A stretch of 64,000 nt of DNA from Psammoneis japonica (Eukaryota). The stretch is from positions 397,939 through 461,938 of the forward strand of contig QPGO01000038.1 in NCBI GenBank assembly GCA_008632985.1. The letters run 5' to 3'. Below are positions 21,431-33,700 of this stretch, in pieces. Numbering within the stretch: the stretch's first letter is position 1; each line of letters starts with the position of its first letter. The notes beneath the pieces were generated by a model. The model worked only from the letters and a program-made list of their open reading frames with translations. It was not told the DNA's origin and made no database searches. Made by a program: the position numbers and the translations under genes.

Positions 21431-22005
21431 GGGTGCCTCCTTTCAAGCCTCTGCCTCCATCTCCACAAAGCTGTCCAACCAACAGACAAAACGGCAGACA
21501 CACCCGGGCTTGGTGCCCACAGCAGCTCTCAGTCGTGTGCATGGAGATCTCCTCTGGCTGACGGGGAAGCTGAGCCGTGTCCCAAGCCACGCAGTTGCTT
21601 CAGCTGCAGACCCGGTCCTCCGGCGTGGTATCCGAAATCATGGGCTGTTTCCCAGTGCCGGAAGTGCCCCCCGCCCCGGCTCATCATGAAGACCGGCTAC
21701 ACCCGCTGCCCTTCCTCTGGAAGATGCCGGGCGAAAACCCAGGCAGAGATTTTGCATTGAGCATTTTAGAACTCAAATCGACCGTGGTTCGGCAAAAACA
21801 GTCAGTTGAAAATGTAATGACACATTATAAAGCACCAATTAAAAAGCAATTGCGGCTACAACAAACCGACAACCGCAACATACAACACACAACATTGTGT
21901 GCTTTCTTTGGTTGACAGCACACCGGGGACATTAGTCCGACTAGTTCTTCATAGCACAAACTGAACCATCCCTCGGTCAACCAAGGGCACCATCCGCGCG
22001 TGGTT

Positions 22006-24471
22006 TCACATCTTATCCCAAACAAGAACTGGACAGAAGACACCTCTCTTTGCATGGACTGGAATACAATCTGAACACCTTGAAGGATGCGCCTTCACAC
22101 CTTTAGCTTTACGCACGGTGAAAGTATCCTGTGAAGGTTTCTGCGCAAGGGACGCGACCGTTTCGCTTGACAAACTCCCTGCCCAGACATAGACTTCATC
22201 AATGAGTCCTTCAAAGTTTTCATGTTTTGAGAGGGCAGGGTCGGTATAATTCAGGTTGGTACTGTAACCCAAGCCACCAACACTAACGGCGCCTGAGAGG
22301 GCAAAGAATAAATAACTGTCTTTTCCTTCGACATGCGTTGGGACCTGCTGCCCATTCACATACAGCTGGACTTCCGAGAGTCGACAATTGTTTCTTGGCA
22401 TAGAAACGGCCACGTGTTGCCACGCATTGGTAGCCAAGTTCAAGCTCTTGTCAATTGGAACCAGCTTCATGTTAGATACAGTTGATTTTGCATAAACCAC
22501 AGGGACGCCCTCATCTAATGTGAGAGTGAAAACGAGATTCCTGTACCTGAGGTTCCCGTACCTCGCCTCTCCAAAATATATTTTCAAGATGATGCCATAG
22601 TGAAGTAAAATCTGGTTGCGCGAGGAGAGTGGGGTCTTGAACCAGAGTGCATAGGATACTGCGTCACCTCCACTGTGGGGACCACGTCTGTATGATGATA
22701 TCAAGCAGACAACGTTATGCATCAGGATTTATCATCCGCACACGTTCTGATTAAAACTGAAGTAGGAGCGAATCTCTTCACTTACCCATGAATAGCAACA
22801 CAACTGCTAGATTTGAACTCCGCTGCCTTTCCCTTGATGCCATCATCTCGAAGGACAACATCGCCAACTTGCGCATCATATGTTTCTATATAAGACAACA
22901 CGACGGCAACCGCAGAAAAGGTTAGAGACAAGAATGCAGATGTTGCAGAAGACGTCAGGTAATACTTACGGCCGTATGCGCCCGTATTTTGGAAAGAGTC
23001 CCAACATGTTGTGCCTCGTATAGTGATCTTACGTTGTACAATTGTTTCCTTGTACTCATCATGCCGCAATGCTAGAACCGGTCGATCCGACAAATTAAAA
23101 AGCTCGTCAAATGAAAAGTGAATCATTGGTTGGCTCCGGTCAAGGAGTTTTAAGGATCCCTTTGATTCGATCCTAGTCTTGCCTCCCGACTTGTCGATAA
23201 TCAATTCTCCATAGAATTCATAGTTATTATTTTGTGATTTCGTTTCACTCCAATTTCACTGTACTGAGTGAACTTGATCACATCATTTGAAACGTCAACC
23301 GTGATAAAATTCTGAGCTAGAAGTCCTCTCGACACCACTTGAACAGCATTGGATTGGTCGTCTTTGGTAGCAGTATTCGCGTGGACCTAGGAGTACAAAA
23401 ATATGAAGATTGGTATCAGGTAAGAAATTCAGGTTCTTTGCAATAGAATGGTGAACTTACTTCTCCTGCTAAATATACGTCAACGTTATAGTCTCGCATC
23501 GCCTGGAAGAAGCCAGACGATTCGGCTCCATCCATAAACTGAACGCTGCATTGTATTTTCCCTACGGGTTGTTAGTATCGGCAAATGGGCCTGCACAAAG
23601 ATATGCTTGATGGTAGCATCCTTACGTGCTTCGCGCAGGACGTTCTTAAACCACTTCAAGTGTTCACCGGACACGTTGCACGTCACTGTCCCTTCTCCTC
23701 CTTGACCTTCGCGCAACCAATGAAAATCTTCGTCTAGCTGTTCAAAGGCGTCCACAGTCACGAACAGCACATTCTTATGCCGATAAGCATAGGATGTGTT
23801 CTCGTAGAGAGTCCCAATGGGATGGGAGCTGGCAGCTAATTATCACAAAGAAGAAGTGGAGACAAGAGATGAGACAGAAGCGAGAGACCAGAATAAGCAT
23901 TTTCATTCTTCTGCAAAGACACGTACTTCCGATGTTTCGACGACGAAACTGCCCGTCTGCGTCGCGGTTGAATCCCTTGGTAAAGGCGAAAGCCTGGTAC
24001 TTCATTTGTACCTCTCTCACCCTTCACCCAAGGATTCCCACCAAGCTCATGATCACCCACAGCCATCAAAAGTTTGGAAAATCCGGCCTGTTTAAATGCA
24101 AAGTTCATTCCTTGGTAGCATCGTTCTCCAGCTAGGTGCACAGACTGATGCGCCGTTTTTACGTTAAGCACATCTTGAGTTTCCTGTTTGTACCACGTTC
24201 CGCCGTTCGAGTCACCGGATTAAACCACTAATTCTCCTCCGTAATTTTTGTGGATGTACTTTGTGTTTTCACGTGTCGGGAGGTGACGTTGAAATGATTT
24301 GGGATCGTCCTCTACAATCCAAATCGGGTGCTTTACGAATGGCTCTACACTATGCCAATCCGCAATTACAATGAAACGCCATGGATCTTCGCTCTGAACC
24401 TGCCAGCAAAATGTTGAGAGGAATAAGAGTGTCGTTGAAATGGAGAAGAACATTGTGCAACAATTCCTCAT
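22006..24471 (-). CDS. Secreted calcineurin-like metallophosphoesterase + C-terminal LamG/concanavalin-A-like domain (multi-exon, several frameshifts)
   Basis: Signal peptide, RFIVIADWH, MAVGDHELG, FVQAHLP; LamG WQHVAVS..LYVNG..FEGLIDEVYVW; intron about 23388-23460. Confidence 0.75.
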
Positions 24472-25426
24472 TACTGTATTTACCAGGGTGCATGCGTTGA
24501 TGCGGTTGCGATGCGGGAAAAAGGAAAAAGAGATCAGATCGCGTCGCGGCGGCGGTAGCTACAGTACTGTACAGTAGGTGAGCTCGGAGCTCGATGACCA
24601 TAATGACCCTTCGAGATTTGCAAATAGGAGAAAGAAGTCTTTTGTGACTATCGTGTTAAATATTTTGTTATTAAATGTTTAGAACATTTAACAACTATAA
24701 ATGATGACAGATCAGCGTTTGGCTTCTCTTTCGACACATCTACGTGTCTTTCACGAGTTTGTCTTATGACACTTGTAAAGCCCTTTGGTGGAAGAACCAA
24801 GCTCGAAGAGGAAGAAGAAAGAAGAAGCCTTCACCCAGAAAGCAAAAGACGCAACGAAGGCGAGAGGACCCAAAACGCAAATAACACACAATGTAAGTAC
24901 CACCATGGAGGCTGTCACACTGTCTCCCTCCATCCTTGCACCAGAAAGTTGAAGCGAAATATCCAATCCCGATAGATTTTTTGAGTTGTTCTTCAAAACA
25001 TGCCGCGACATTGAGATCTCGCGCTGGTTGTTGGTGTTCTCGTTGTGAATATCACTGCGGTGTGCACACAAAGATGAATAATACGAATACTCTTCCGATG
25101 TGTCACGGCGCTTCTTTCTCTGATATACTTACGGTCCTGGTCACCGATCGTCGAGATAACCGTCGCAGCAATGCTGTAACGCAGCTCTCGCAACACAGCA
25201 TCATCAGGGTTCTCATTGACGAGATGCCCTCGTGAAATCTCGTCTTATCGTCATCCGATGTTTCTCTGATCACCTTTTGATCCGCATCATGATGTATTGA
25301 CTACACCGCCATTATTTGCTCACAACGTCTAACTATCCGCTGTTGTCTGTATTCATTCCTATTCAAAACAACACACTTTTTTAACAACGAAGAACGAAAA
25401 AGAGCAGAATCCACGACGAGATCATC

Positions 25427-27400
25427 ATGAAAGGAAACTCCAATCTACGAGTCGGTGCCTTCACTCGAGTGTGCTTTTTACTCGTAACGAGCCGGTGGAT
25501 TGTACTACCATCAATGGCAGAATTTGACAGTAATTGCGGGACAGAAGGTAACGAGCCGTGTAAGATTTGTACTTATGAAGATTTGAGAAAAGTCGACAAG
25601 AATGGAGCCGACAAGCACTACGTTATGATGAACGACATTCGAGCCCGTGGTAACTTTGTTCCTATCGGTAGTGACAGTAGAGGTTTTAGGGGGATTTTTG
25701 ACGGAGATGGGCACACAATACATGACTTGCACATTGATTACACCGTGGAACATGGACATGGTCTTTTTGGACATGCTTCTCGCTCTGCAAAGATCCACAA
25801 TCTCATTCTCAGAAACCCAATCGTGCGATCTCATGAAAACGCTGGCGCCCTTGTTGGATTCGTCAGCCATGGTGAGGTTACCATCCAAAATGTCATCATC
25901 TACAACCCTACAGTGACTGGTGAACTAGGTGTGGGCGCCCTTGTAGGACAAATTGAAATGCGGCGCGTCCATGACTACAGCGAATACATGGAGTTTTCTA
26001 TCTCAAACTGTCATGTGTTTGGTGGAACCGTGAATGGCACAAGAAATTTCTCCCGCGTCGGCGGACTCGTGGGAGATTCCAATCATGGTATCATCAAAGA
26101 ATGCAGCACTGAATCTGTGGAAGTTAAAGGGAATGGAGTTAATAGCGATTGCGGGGGTTTAGTGGGCCGACTGGGCTTTGACGGAGTGATTGACAACAGC
26201 TTTGCAACAGGCAGTGTCAGAGATTGCAGATACGCTGGGGGGCTTGTGGGAGACTCAGTGACCGGTGCCTCCATTACAAACAGTTACGCTTTGGGTGACA
26301 TCTATGCTGTGGAATACATCCATGGTAGAGGCGGTGGTGGGCTCGTTGGAGGAGCACACAAGTCAGATATTCACAATAGTTTTGCAATCGGTGCTGTCTC
26401 TGGGAAGGGAACAATTGAATTGGGTGGTCTATTGGGCAGTTGGGTTCCTGGGAAGTATACTACGGTGCGAAATAACTATTGCGTGATGGACCCTGCAGTC
26501 GGAAACTATGATGTCGAGGGTATCAATGACGTTCAAGTCGTTGACGACCCTAGTTACTTCTTCAATGAAGAAAATGAACCCATGGTTGGGTGGAACCGTT
26601 CTGTTTGGAAGTTTGCAGAAAACAAGTATCCGACGCATAGGCACACGATGGAGTTGAGTGCAGGAGGACCGTACCGTGGGATTGTAGGCGAGGCTATCTA
26701 CCTGAACCAAGCCGTGGGCTTAAAAGGTGCAAAGTATTTTTGGACTGTCGATAATAGCAAATGTACCCTCGGGGACGATGAAGTCCTCCATCCAGTCCTT
26801 ACCTGCAGGAACATGGTCCGTTATCCTGCCACTGTCGGCGTTTGCGTGAAGATCATTGGCCGAGACCTGTTTCGGGACTGCACAGATGTTGCGATCACCG
26901 CGAGACTCACGCCGTCGTTTCCAGTCAAGCTCAATGAGGTTACGTGCGTTTATGCTTCCTGTGTTGGCAAAGTGCTCAGAAAGTACGGTGGACGCACCAA
27001 GTTTGGCAACGCACAGAGCACATATAAAGAATCCAAACGCAAGGCAGCCTATTCCAAAAACCTGATCCAGAATCATGGCAAAGCTAGCAAGTCACTTAGA
27101 AGGCTTAAAGAAGCCATGGCCGCAATCGAGGAGCTCAGGAAGACCGCTCCTGAATTTGCCAATACCATTGGCAAAATCTCAAGCGGTTGTGCAGTTTCTC
27201 TTGTCGATGGTTTCCTCGAAGCTTACAGAGGCCAGGGAATCCTTGACGAAGACTTTCTTGACGAAGTGCGCGACACGAAATTGGTTGTCGCAAAGGCAAA
27301 AAGGAAGGCCAAACAGTGGAATAAAAGTGTCGTCTATTGCAGTGGTGCCATTTGGAAAATGATGAATGAGTTAGGCAAAGAGACGGTTCCGGTTTGCTAG
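25427..27400 (+). CDS. Secreted GLUG-motif repeat protein with PKD-like segment and basic helical C-terminus
   Basis: F.PIG....F.G.FDGDGHTI..L, GLFG, repeated VGGLVG/GALVG..I.NS(F/Y)A.G.V and AGGPYRG; intronless. Confidence 0.85.
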   Translation: MKGNSNLRVGAFTRVCFLLVTSRWIVLPSMAEFDSNCGTEGNEPCKICTYEDLRKVDKNGADKHYVMMNDIRARGNFVPIGSDSRGFRGIFDGDGHTIHDLHIDYTVEHGHGLFGHASRSAKIHNLILRNPIVRSHENAGALVGFVSHGEVTIQNVIIYNPTVTGELGVGALVGQIEMRRVHDYSEYMEFSISNCHVFGGTVNGTRNFSRVGGLVGDSNHGIIKECSTESVEVKGNGVNSDCGGLVGRLGFDGVIDNSFATGSVRDCRYAGGLVGDSVTGASITNSYALGDIYAVEYIHGRGGGGLVGGAHKSDIHNSFAIGAVSGKGTIELGGLLGSWVPGKYTTVRNNYCVMDPAVGNYDVEGINDVQVVDDPSYFFNEENEPMVGWNRSVWKFAENKYPTHRHTMELSAGGPYRGIVGEAIYLNQAVGLKGAKYFWTVDNSKCTLGDDEVLHPVLTCRNMVRYPATVGVCVKIIGRDLFRDCTDVAITARLTPSFPVKLNEVTCVYASCVGKVLRKYGGRTKFGNAQSTYKESKRKAAYSKNLIQNHGKASKSLRRLKEAMAAIEELRKTAPEFANTIGKISSGCAVSLVDGFLEAYRGQGILDEDFLDEVRDTKLVVAKAKRKAKQWNKSVVYCSGAIWKMMNELGKETVPVC

Positions 27401-27751
27401 AATGAATCTAATTGGATGTTAATGTTGTGCTTGAAACAACAGTTGGCAACGTTCTCCTCCCGACAGCATCGGTCCCATCCTGCTGCAGGTATCTGGTAGT
27501 CTATTTTGAAAGCACTTTTGGGGTGTTCATTGCTTTACGATAATTGCTTTTTACACGACGAATTACCCACATCTTCTCTCTACATTGTAGTAATCAGCAT
27601 ATGATGTAGTGCAGGTTCGACTGCACTGAAAGGGAAAAGAGATCGGAGCTCGCGTCGTCTGTGGATGGTAATATCGAGAATACTGTGTTAACGCAATCGA
27701 GTTCCCAGTGTTCAAAGAGAGAGCCCCTCCAATTGGAGGCGCATCTGGCGT

Positions 27752-28324
27752 TTGGAGGGCGAAAGGGCCGGCGGTGGCATCAGTTCATCTGCTTTTGCTC
27801 CCGCATTGATAGCTTGGGGCGCTGTGGGAGTGGTTTTGGTTGGGTTGCTGGTTGTGCGAAAACGCCATTCAATTGATCGCTACTTTCGTCACGAAGTTGA
27901 CGATTCCGGCACAGTCGACCGATACAGGGAACCCGTCGATGACCAGGAAATGTCAGATTCTGAGGTTTCTTATTCACAAGACATTGCGCCATCCTCTACC
28001 GGTACCAGCGGCAGCTCGATCCACCAATGGAGCATCCCTATTCCAGAAAACACAAAAGGTGAATCCATGCTGACGGAAGAAATCGAGGTGTCATATCAGG
28101 GCAATAAGTCCTCTGAGGTGCCCTTTGTGAAGGCAATGTTGCTTTCGGGCGAGGAAATTGACGATATCATTAGAAACATTGACGCTAATGCCAACGATCG
28201 ACAGTATAAAGCATCTCCCGACACTCTGTCGACCTCTAGTCATTGGATTCGAATGCCATCGTCTCGAGAAGAATACAACATGGTACTCAGAGCTTTCATA
28301 TTGTTTTGGTACAATTGTCGGTGA
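27752..28324 (+). pseudogene. C-terminal (TM + cytosolic tail) fragment of a type I membrane protein with no obvious 5' part
   Basis: ALIAWGAVGVVLVGLLVV-RKRH followed by an acidic Ser-rich tail; no ATG or signal peptide in frame. Confidence 0.45.
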
Positions 28325-28510
28325 TTCTTGAAGACAGATTCGGAGCTTGTGAGACCTGGCTATGACGTGATTTTTCATCCAGTTCAATGCAGCCATTCGT
28401 TGAGCCAGTTTGATTTAGTTTCCTTTTCCACGAGATACCCTAGATTAATTGTTGACTAGAGTGTACATAACAAAAGTAACTGGCTCTTCTATACCTTGTG
28501 TCTATAGTTT

Positions 28511-30470
28511 TTAGACTTGTGCTTCATCGCAGAGTCGTTGATACTCTTCAAGGAACCAACCTAGGAACTTATCTGCGTCGGGGACTGCCCACTTGTCGGC
28601 CGTGACACTCAACGTCAAGGTTCCAGCGTAGCTGGCTGCGACAATCCCGATAGGAATACCGGGAGGAAGCGGCAAAAATGAGCCCTAACGAAACCAAACG
28701 GTAAGAAAAGTAAGAAAAAGAAACAAATGTACATAACATCCGCACGTTAGCACCATGTTTTTCCTCACCGCTGACTCAATCGGACGTCCACCTAAATGCA
28801 GTTTCGTCGGTGGACCTTGCCCGGTATTGGACACGACAAACGAAGCACCAGCATTTGCGTTTTGGAACAAACGCTGAGTAATGCCAGAAGGAAGCGTGGA
28901 AGAACAAAATTTGGCAAACATATAGGAAAGAAGCGGAGCAGGAGTCCTTTTGATTTCGTACAAGACCTTGTGAACCTGCTCGAGGCGGTTTGCTGCACAA
29001 GTCTTGTTGTTGTCGGTTGCTTGACTCTTGATGGCGCACGGTATACGTGCGACAAACGCACCAATATTGTTACCCATGGACTCACCAGGCAACAAGACAC
29101 CGCCCGTCAAGTGAACTGGAATGGCAACATTCACGTGATCCAGGGCCTCCTCAGGTAGAATCGGCTTTTTGTCGTCTTGTTGAAGAGTAGCAATCATTTC
29201 TTGGTGGTGTTGTAATTGCCGCGACACAGCGTATGAAGTACAGGCGACAATAACATCATTGACTGTTATTTTTGGTCCAAAGTGTTTGGCCACTTGCTTG
29301 ACTTGGTCAATGGGAGCCGCATCACACCACGACACGGACCGACCAAGCTCCACTGGTGGCAAGTGCGCCTTGATTACGACAAATGGACTCTCCCCATGAT
29401 GCCAAAACAAGCGAAACTGATACACGACGGCACGAACCGAGCCCGATAAGAACCAGAGAAGAATTTTGAGCTTCTTCAAGAGCCGTTCCATAAAGGTCAA
29501 GGATGACTTTTTTCGCTTCTTGAGTTCCTCCTTGATATAATCACGAACTTGGTCTGCTTCATCACACAAGTCCGTCATGGCTGCAGTAATGGAAACACCG
29601 TCGGCCAAGGCATGATGGAATCGAAAGACGAGTAGCGATTCGAGACCATGACTTGGCTTGTCTTTGAGTATCTGTTGAGCCTTGGCTTTGGAAATGGCTC
29701 CGCTCGTTCCAATGGGTCCATGAGACAATTCCATTTGCCACAAGTGCGAGAAAATGGGAAATTCTCGAAGCAACAACATTTGAATCCGACTTCTTAAGTC
29801 CTCGCGATATACAGAAGGGAAAATGGATTCGGTACAGTGCGACTCTACGAAATGTTCGTCTTCTTGTTGTTGTTGAGTTGGTTCAAAGTGACCAGGATGG
29901 TCTTGCGAGATTTTATAGTGAAATCGTGGGTGACGGTGTGCCATGTCTCGTTCTTTCCATAGTTTAGCGAATTCTGAAACAGTCAGTGGTGTTTTCCCCG
30001 ACAAGGCCATGAATACAGCAGGGACAGACGGATTTTCTTCGGTTTGAGATTCGAGTGCAAATCGACCAATCGAAGTCATCTACAGTTGTAAGAAACACAG
30101 CAGATAAAGCAAAAGTGATACATTAGTTTTCGATATATAGAAGTCTGCCTTTCCGCTTCATACAAAATCAGCATTTCAACTTACCCTCGTTTTGATGTTG
30201 GCGGGTGATGTCTTTTTGGTTGCTGGAGCATTTTCGCAGTCGGTTCGCAGCGTTGTTGTTGACGTCTTGTACAAACCATAGGAAGCAGTTCCAGTCAGAG
30301 CCATCCAACCAGCACTGGCGTGCCGCAGCGGAAAACAGGTGTGTCGTCATGGTAGCAATAGACTTAACTGTCAACAGCGCTAGGGATTAGCAACAGCAAC
30401 AGCGCAACTTGGAGGTTTTGGCGTCCCCTCGCCATGGCATGCATGGATGGTTCGGTAAGCTAATCTCATG
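28511..30470 (-). CDS. Wax ester synthase/diacylglycerol acyltransferase (WS/DGAT); introns 30080-30184 and 28685-28768; start uncertain
   Basis: FRFHHALADG catalytic motif, TVNDV, GNNIG; last exon GSFLPLPPGIPIGIVAASYAG..EAQV* ends at 28511. Confidence 0.9.
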
Positions 30471-30550
30471 CTTGATGTACCGGTTAATACAGACTTGAAT
30501 CTTTGTGTGTCTTTGAGTCTGTTTGATGGGGGTGAGGTTCCCGAAAGATT

Positions 30551-30600
30551 GATAATAATATATTTATATATATATATTCATATTTATTTATATGTACTAT
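30551..30600. repeat. AT-rich (TA)n-like microsatellite
   Basis: ataataatatatttatatatatatattcatatttatttatatg. Confidence 0.8.
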
Positions 30601-30892
30601 CGTAGTTCACAATCAGAAGCCTGTACTTTGTATGTTTTATATCTATTCGCTTTGGATAATAGCAAATCCGTAACAGTCGAGAAACTGGATTTTATCTTGT
30701 TCATGAGGAACGTTTACACCACGAATAAATGTATTTACTAATGGATAAATACGTATAAAAGAACGGATGTCAAACCATACGGATTTTGAATCCCACGTCT
30801 CCCACGCTCACCTCCACCCCCAAAGCCACACATCAAGGATCATCTCACTTTCTCTCTGTTGTTGTGATCGATAGAGCAAGTACTGTCACCAT

Positions 30893-31585
30893 ATGCTCAA
30901 GATGGCCATTATGGCCATGCTTGTTGCTACTCTAGGCATGAAGATCGCACTCGGTTTGTTCGGCTTCGTTGCCATCACGAAAAACATGGCCGTCCTCGTT
31001 ATCCTGGTTTTTCGTCGTATCATCACGAAAGCCTCGAAAGTCAAAGCGTTACTTCTGAAGGGACCTGAGCCAGAGATGGATTCATCCACATCCACAATCA
31101 CTCCCATTTGTGATGCCAAGACTCTCCGACGTGAACGCCGAATTGATTTGATGAAACGCTACCACAAGTATCAAGAAGAGCTGTATGGTCGGATTACCCT
31201 TCAAGAATTAGCGAGCCGTAACAAGCGTCACGGCCAAATTCGCAACACGTTGAATCTCTTTTGAAAACCGTTGCCGAAGATTCGACAACTCGGCAGCCCT
31301 GCTTGCATCTTCCATACGGCGCTCGTAAACTCAAGGCTCTGAAACGTGAGCGACGCATGGTTTGAATTATCAATACTACAAGGTTCTCGAAGAAATGCAT
31401 GGCAAGTGGACGCTTCAAAAAGCTGCAGACATCTAAAGCGCAAGGGCGCTATTTGCAAAATGTTGAACCACCACGTCGAAAAAGTTATTGTTAGAGACTA
31501 CGCCTTGCGTGAAAAACTCCGCCAAAACGATTTGGACCCCGAAATGGTGGAACTCCGGCAGATGATGCAGGCCATGAAACTATAA
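30893..31585 (+). CDS. Small unknown protein with hydrophobic N-terminus and basic helical C-terminus (frameshifted)
   Basis: ORFs 30893-31264 and 31346-31585 look like consecutive parts of one gene; poly-G at ~31592-31606. Confidence 0.4.
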
Positions 31586-32049
31586 GTCATCGGGGGGGGG
31601 GGGGGGATCAAGGCAACGATTTAGATGAAATACGAATCCATGGACTTTGTCAGCCGTCTTTCTACCTTTGGATCAACGGTGTGGGCGTCAAGAAATCAAA
31701 AATATTGGTATCTACTGGTATCCGACTCAGTGCGATGGTGCAAAATACAGATTCTGTTGAGTAGCAAGAAGCCATCGAGTCAATTTTTTTTTTGACGTTT
31801 GCACCGAAGATTTGCAGGAAATAAGAATGAAGAACAACATCCAGGATACGACAAAGTAAATTTAGAAACATATATATTGTTAACCGCAAGCTGACATATC
31901 ATAACGTGCCGTTTAGAAGCGTCAATGTACTATTGTTCGGATCAATGGAGTTGTTTGTTGACATACTTGCTGCTCTGGTTTGCGGTAGACAAAATTCCTT
32001 CAATTCTTCCCACCAAAGCATCGATTGGGGCCGGTGCTATCATCCTTCA

Positions 32050-33700
32050 GCGCATTCTAATTTTCTTCGTCTTCAAAAAGAGACGGAGAAGCTAAGACGA
32101 GTTTAACACCGCTTGAATAGCGGCCGACCACTGGAAAGCCAAAAGTTGCGACTAGCCGATGACACCACCGCACCCTAATCGGGCTCTCGGCCTGATATTG
32201 GAAGCCAGCAGGAGCACGATCGGGTCCTTCTTCTTCAATATGACTATACAGGATTTCTTCATTCTTCACTTCCGAAGCTTGTGGAATCCATGCTTGCTTC
32301 CGTTGTTTCCACCTGGTGTGCTTAGCTCGCCGATCTGTTTCCAACTGTCTTTGTGATAGCACTACTAGACCACCAGGATGGCCGGGACGTGACAGATTTC
32401 CCCCCTACTTCGATGTCTTTCAGAGAATTGCTTCTCCATAATCACAATATGACAAAGTGCCATGACGAAGGAATATTTCGGCGTTGGACGTGAGCTTATC
32501 GCCCGAAGAAAGGGAGGGCATATCATCTTCACCAAACTGTCCAGCTTCGCCCAAACTATCCAGGCCATCACTAGGTTTACAGCTTTGTAACGACTCATCA
32601 GCATTGATACGGCCTAGAAAAGTTGATGCAATGGATGAAAAGGGGCCTGCTCTTCCTCCCTTGCCACCTCTCCTTACGTCCCGCATCCACTGAACAACGC
32701 CTAGAACGCAACAAATTCTGTGTCTACGTTCCCGTCTTGTCGCTGAAAATCACTTGCCCGAGATATGTCACATTGGTACTTCGCGCAACAGCTCGAGCGT
32801 CGGTCTTCTCGTGATACACATAATATCTTGGTCCAGATTAAAACCAGAAAGATGGTACAAAATGTCCCCAGTTCGACAGTGATGTGGAGACTCAACGGGA
32901 TGAAAATACTCAACAGCATCACGTAAAGGAAGAATGGTTGCGCGTAGTTTGGATTCGTGCCGTTCCATTTCAAGGGAGAATCACCAAATGATTCAACTGG
33001 AAGGTAAGGCCATGGTTCCGATGTGTCGGTATTGAATCCAAGGTAACAAGCGCGACATCGTGTAAGAAAGATTAATAAATTTTAGGAAATACCTTGAGAA
33101 AAGCTCCACTTACCATAGATCAATGTCAGTGTTATTATTGGCGCAGCCGTCGCAAAGCCTGCCAGGCATCCAATGCAAACGGCTCATGACGATCACAATC
33201 AGCTTCACGGTCAAGTTCATTAGTTTGTCGAGCTTTGAGAATTTGGACAAGATGGTGTCTCAAAAGAGTTCCGCACCAGTTTAGTATCCGTCCCAGTACG
33301 TAAAAACCGCCAAACCAATGACAAGTTCAGTATTTTCTCAGCAAAGCTCCGCGCAACAAACCATTCTCGGCGTTGAGAGAAATGAAAACCCGTAAACGTG
33401 AGTTTACCTCTACAAATGTTGACCGAAGCATTGGGTGGCTCCGATGTCAGCGCGCCAACATAATGCTTAGGACCACCCTCGTCCTCTGGACCAAGTTCAC
33501 GGGCAGCATGACGACGCTCTATCTTCCCTTCAATGTTCTTCAATATCAGCCGAATCTCACTCGAACGCTTCTACAGGATTGGCTGGATTCTCCACCGCAG
33601 GAACACCGTTAGGATACGCCAGATGAGAGAAGTGTTCAATGCACTTGGCAGCTTGCTGTAGACTTTCCACGAGTGCTAGTGTTACTGTTTCACATCATGA
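32050..33700 (-). pseudogene. Truncated, degenerate P4-type ATPase (phospholipid flippase)
   Basis: EPPNASVN, DTKLVRNS..TPS, FIPLSLHITVE, ARSTNV.YLGQVIFSDKTGT (about 32727-32741) followed directly by TAG, and YQAESP; many stops and frameshifts. Confidence 0.85.

Larger units (their letters stand above)
17150..21620. other. TpA/CpG-depleted degenerate tract B containing several decayed ORFs
   Basis: About a dozen TA in ~4.4 kb (none seen as TAT/ATA); CG rare in the core 18450-21300. Confidence 0.9.

Noticed and set aside
13110..21620. Intact transposon, LTRs or terminal inverted repeats bounding the tracts
   Set aside because: No transposase, reverse transcriptase or integrase motifs, and no terminal repeats, were recognisable by eye
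13138..21915. Dense overlapping Cys/His-rich ORFs in all six frames within tracts A and B
   Set aside because: By-product of TA depletion (TAA/TAG stops and Tyr codons are lost), not real genes
24766..24975. Short ORF with K.GGRTK..ESKR resembling the GLUG protein C-terminus
   Set aside because: Similarity is too short and low-complexity to support homology
30550..30800. AT-rich patch as a possible diatom centromere
   Set aside because: Only ~250 bp in a divergent promoter region; insufficient evidence
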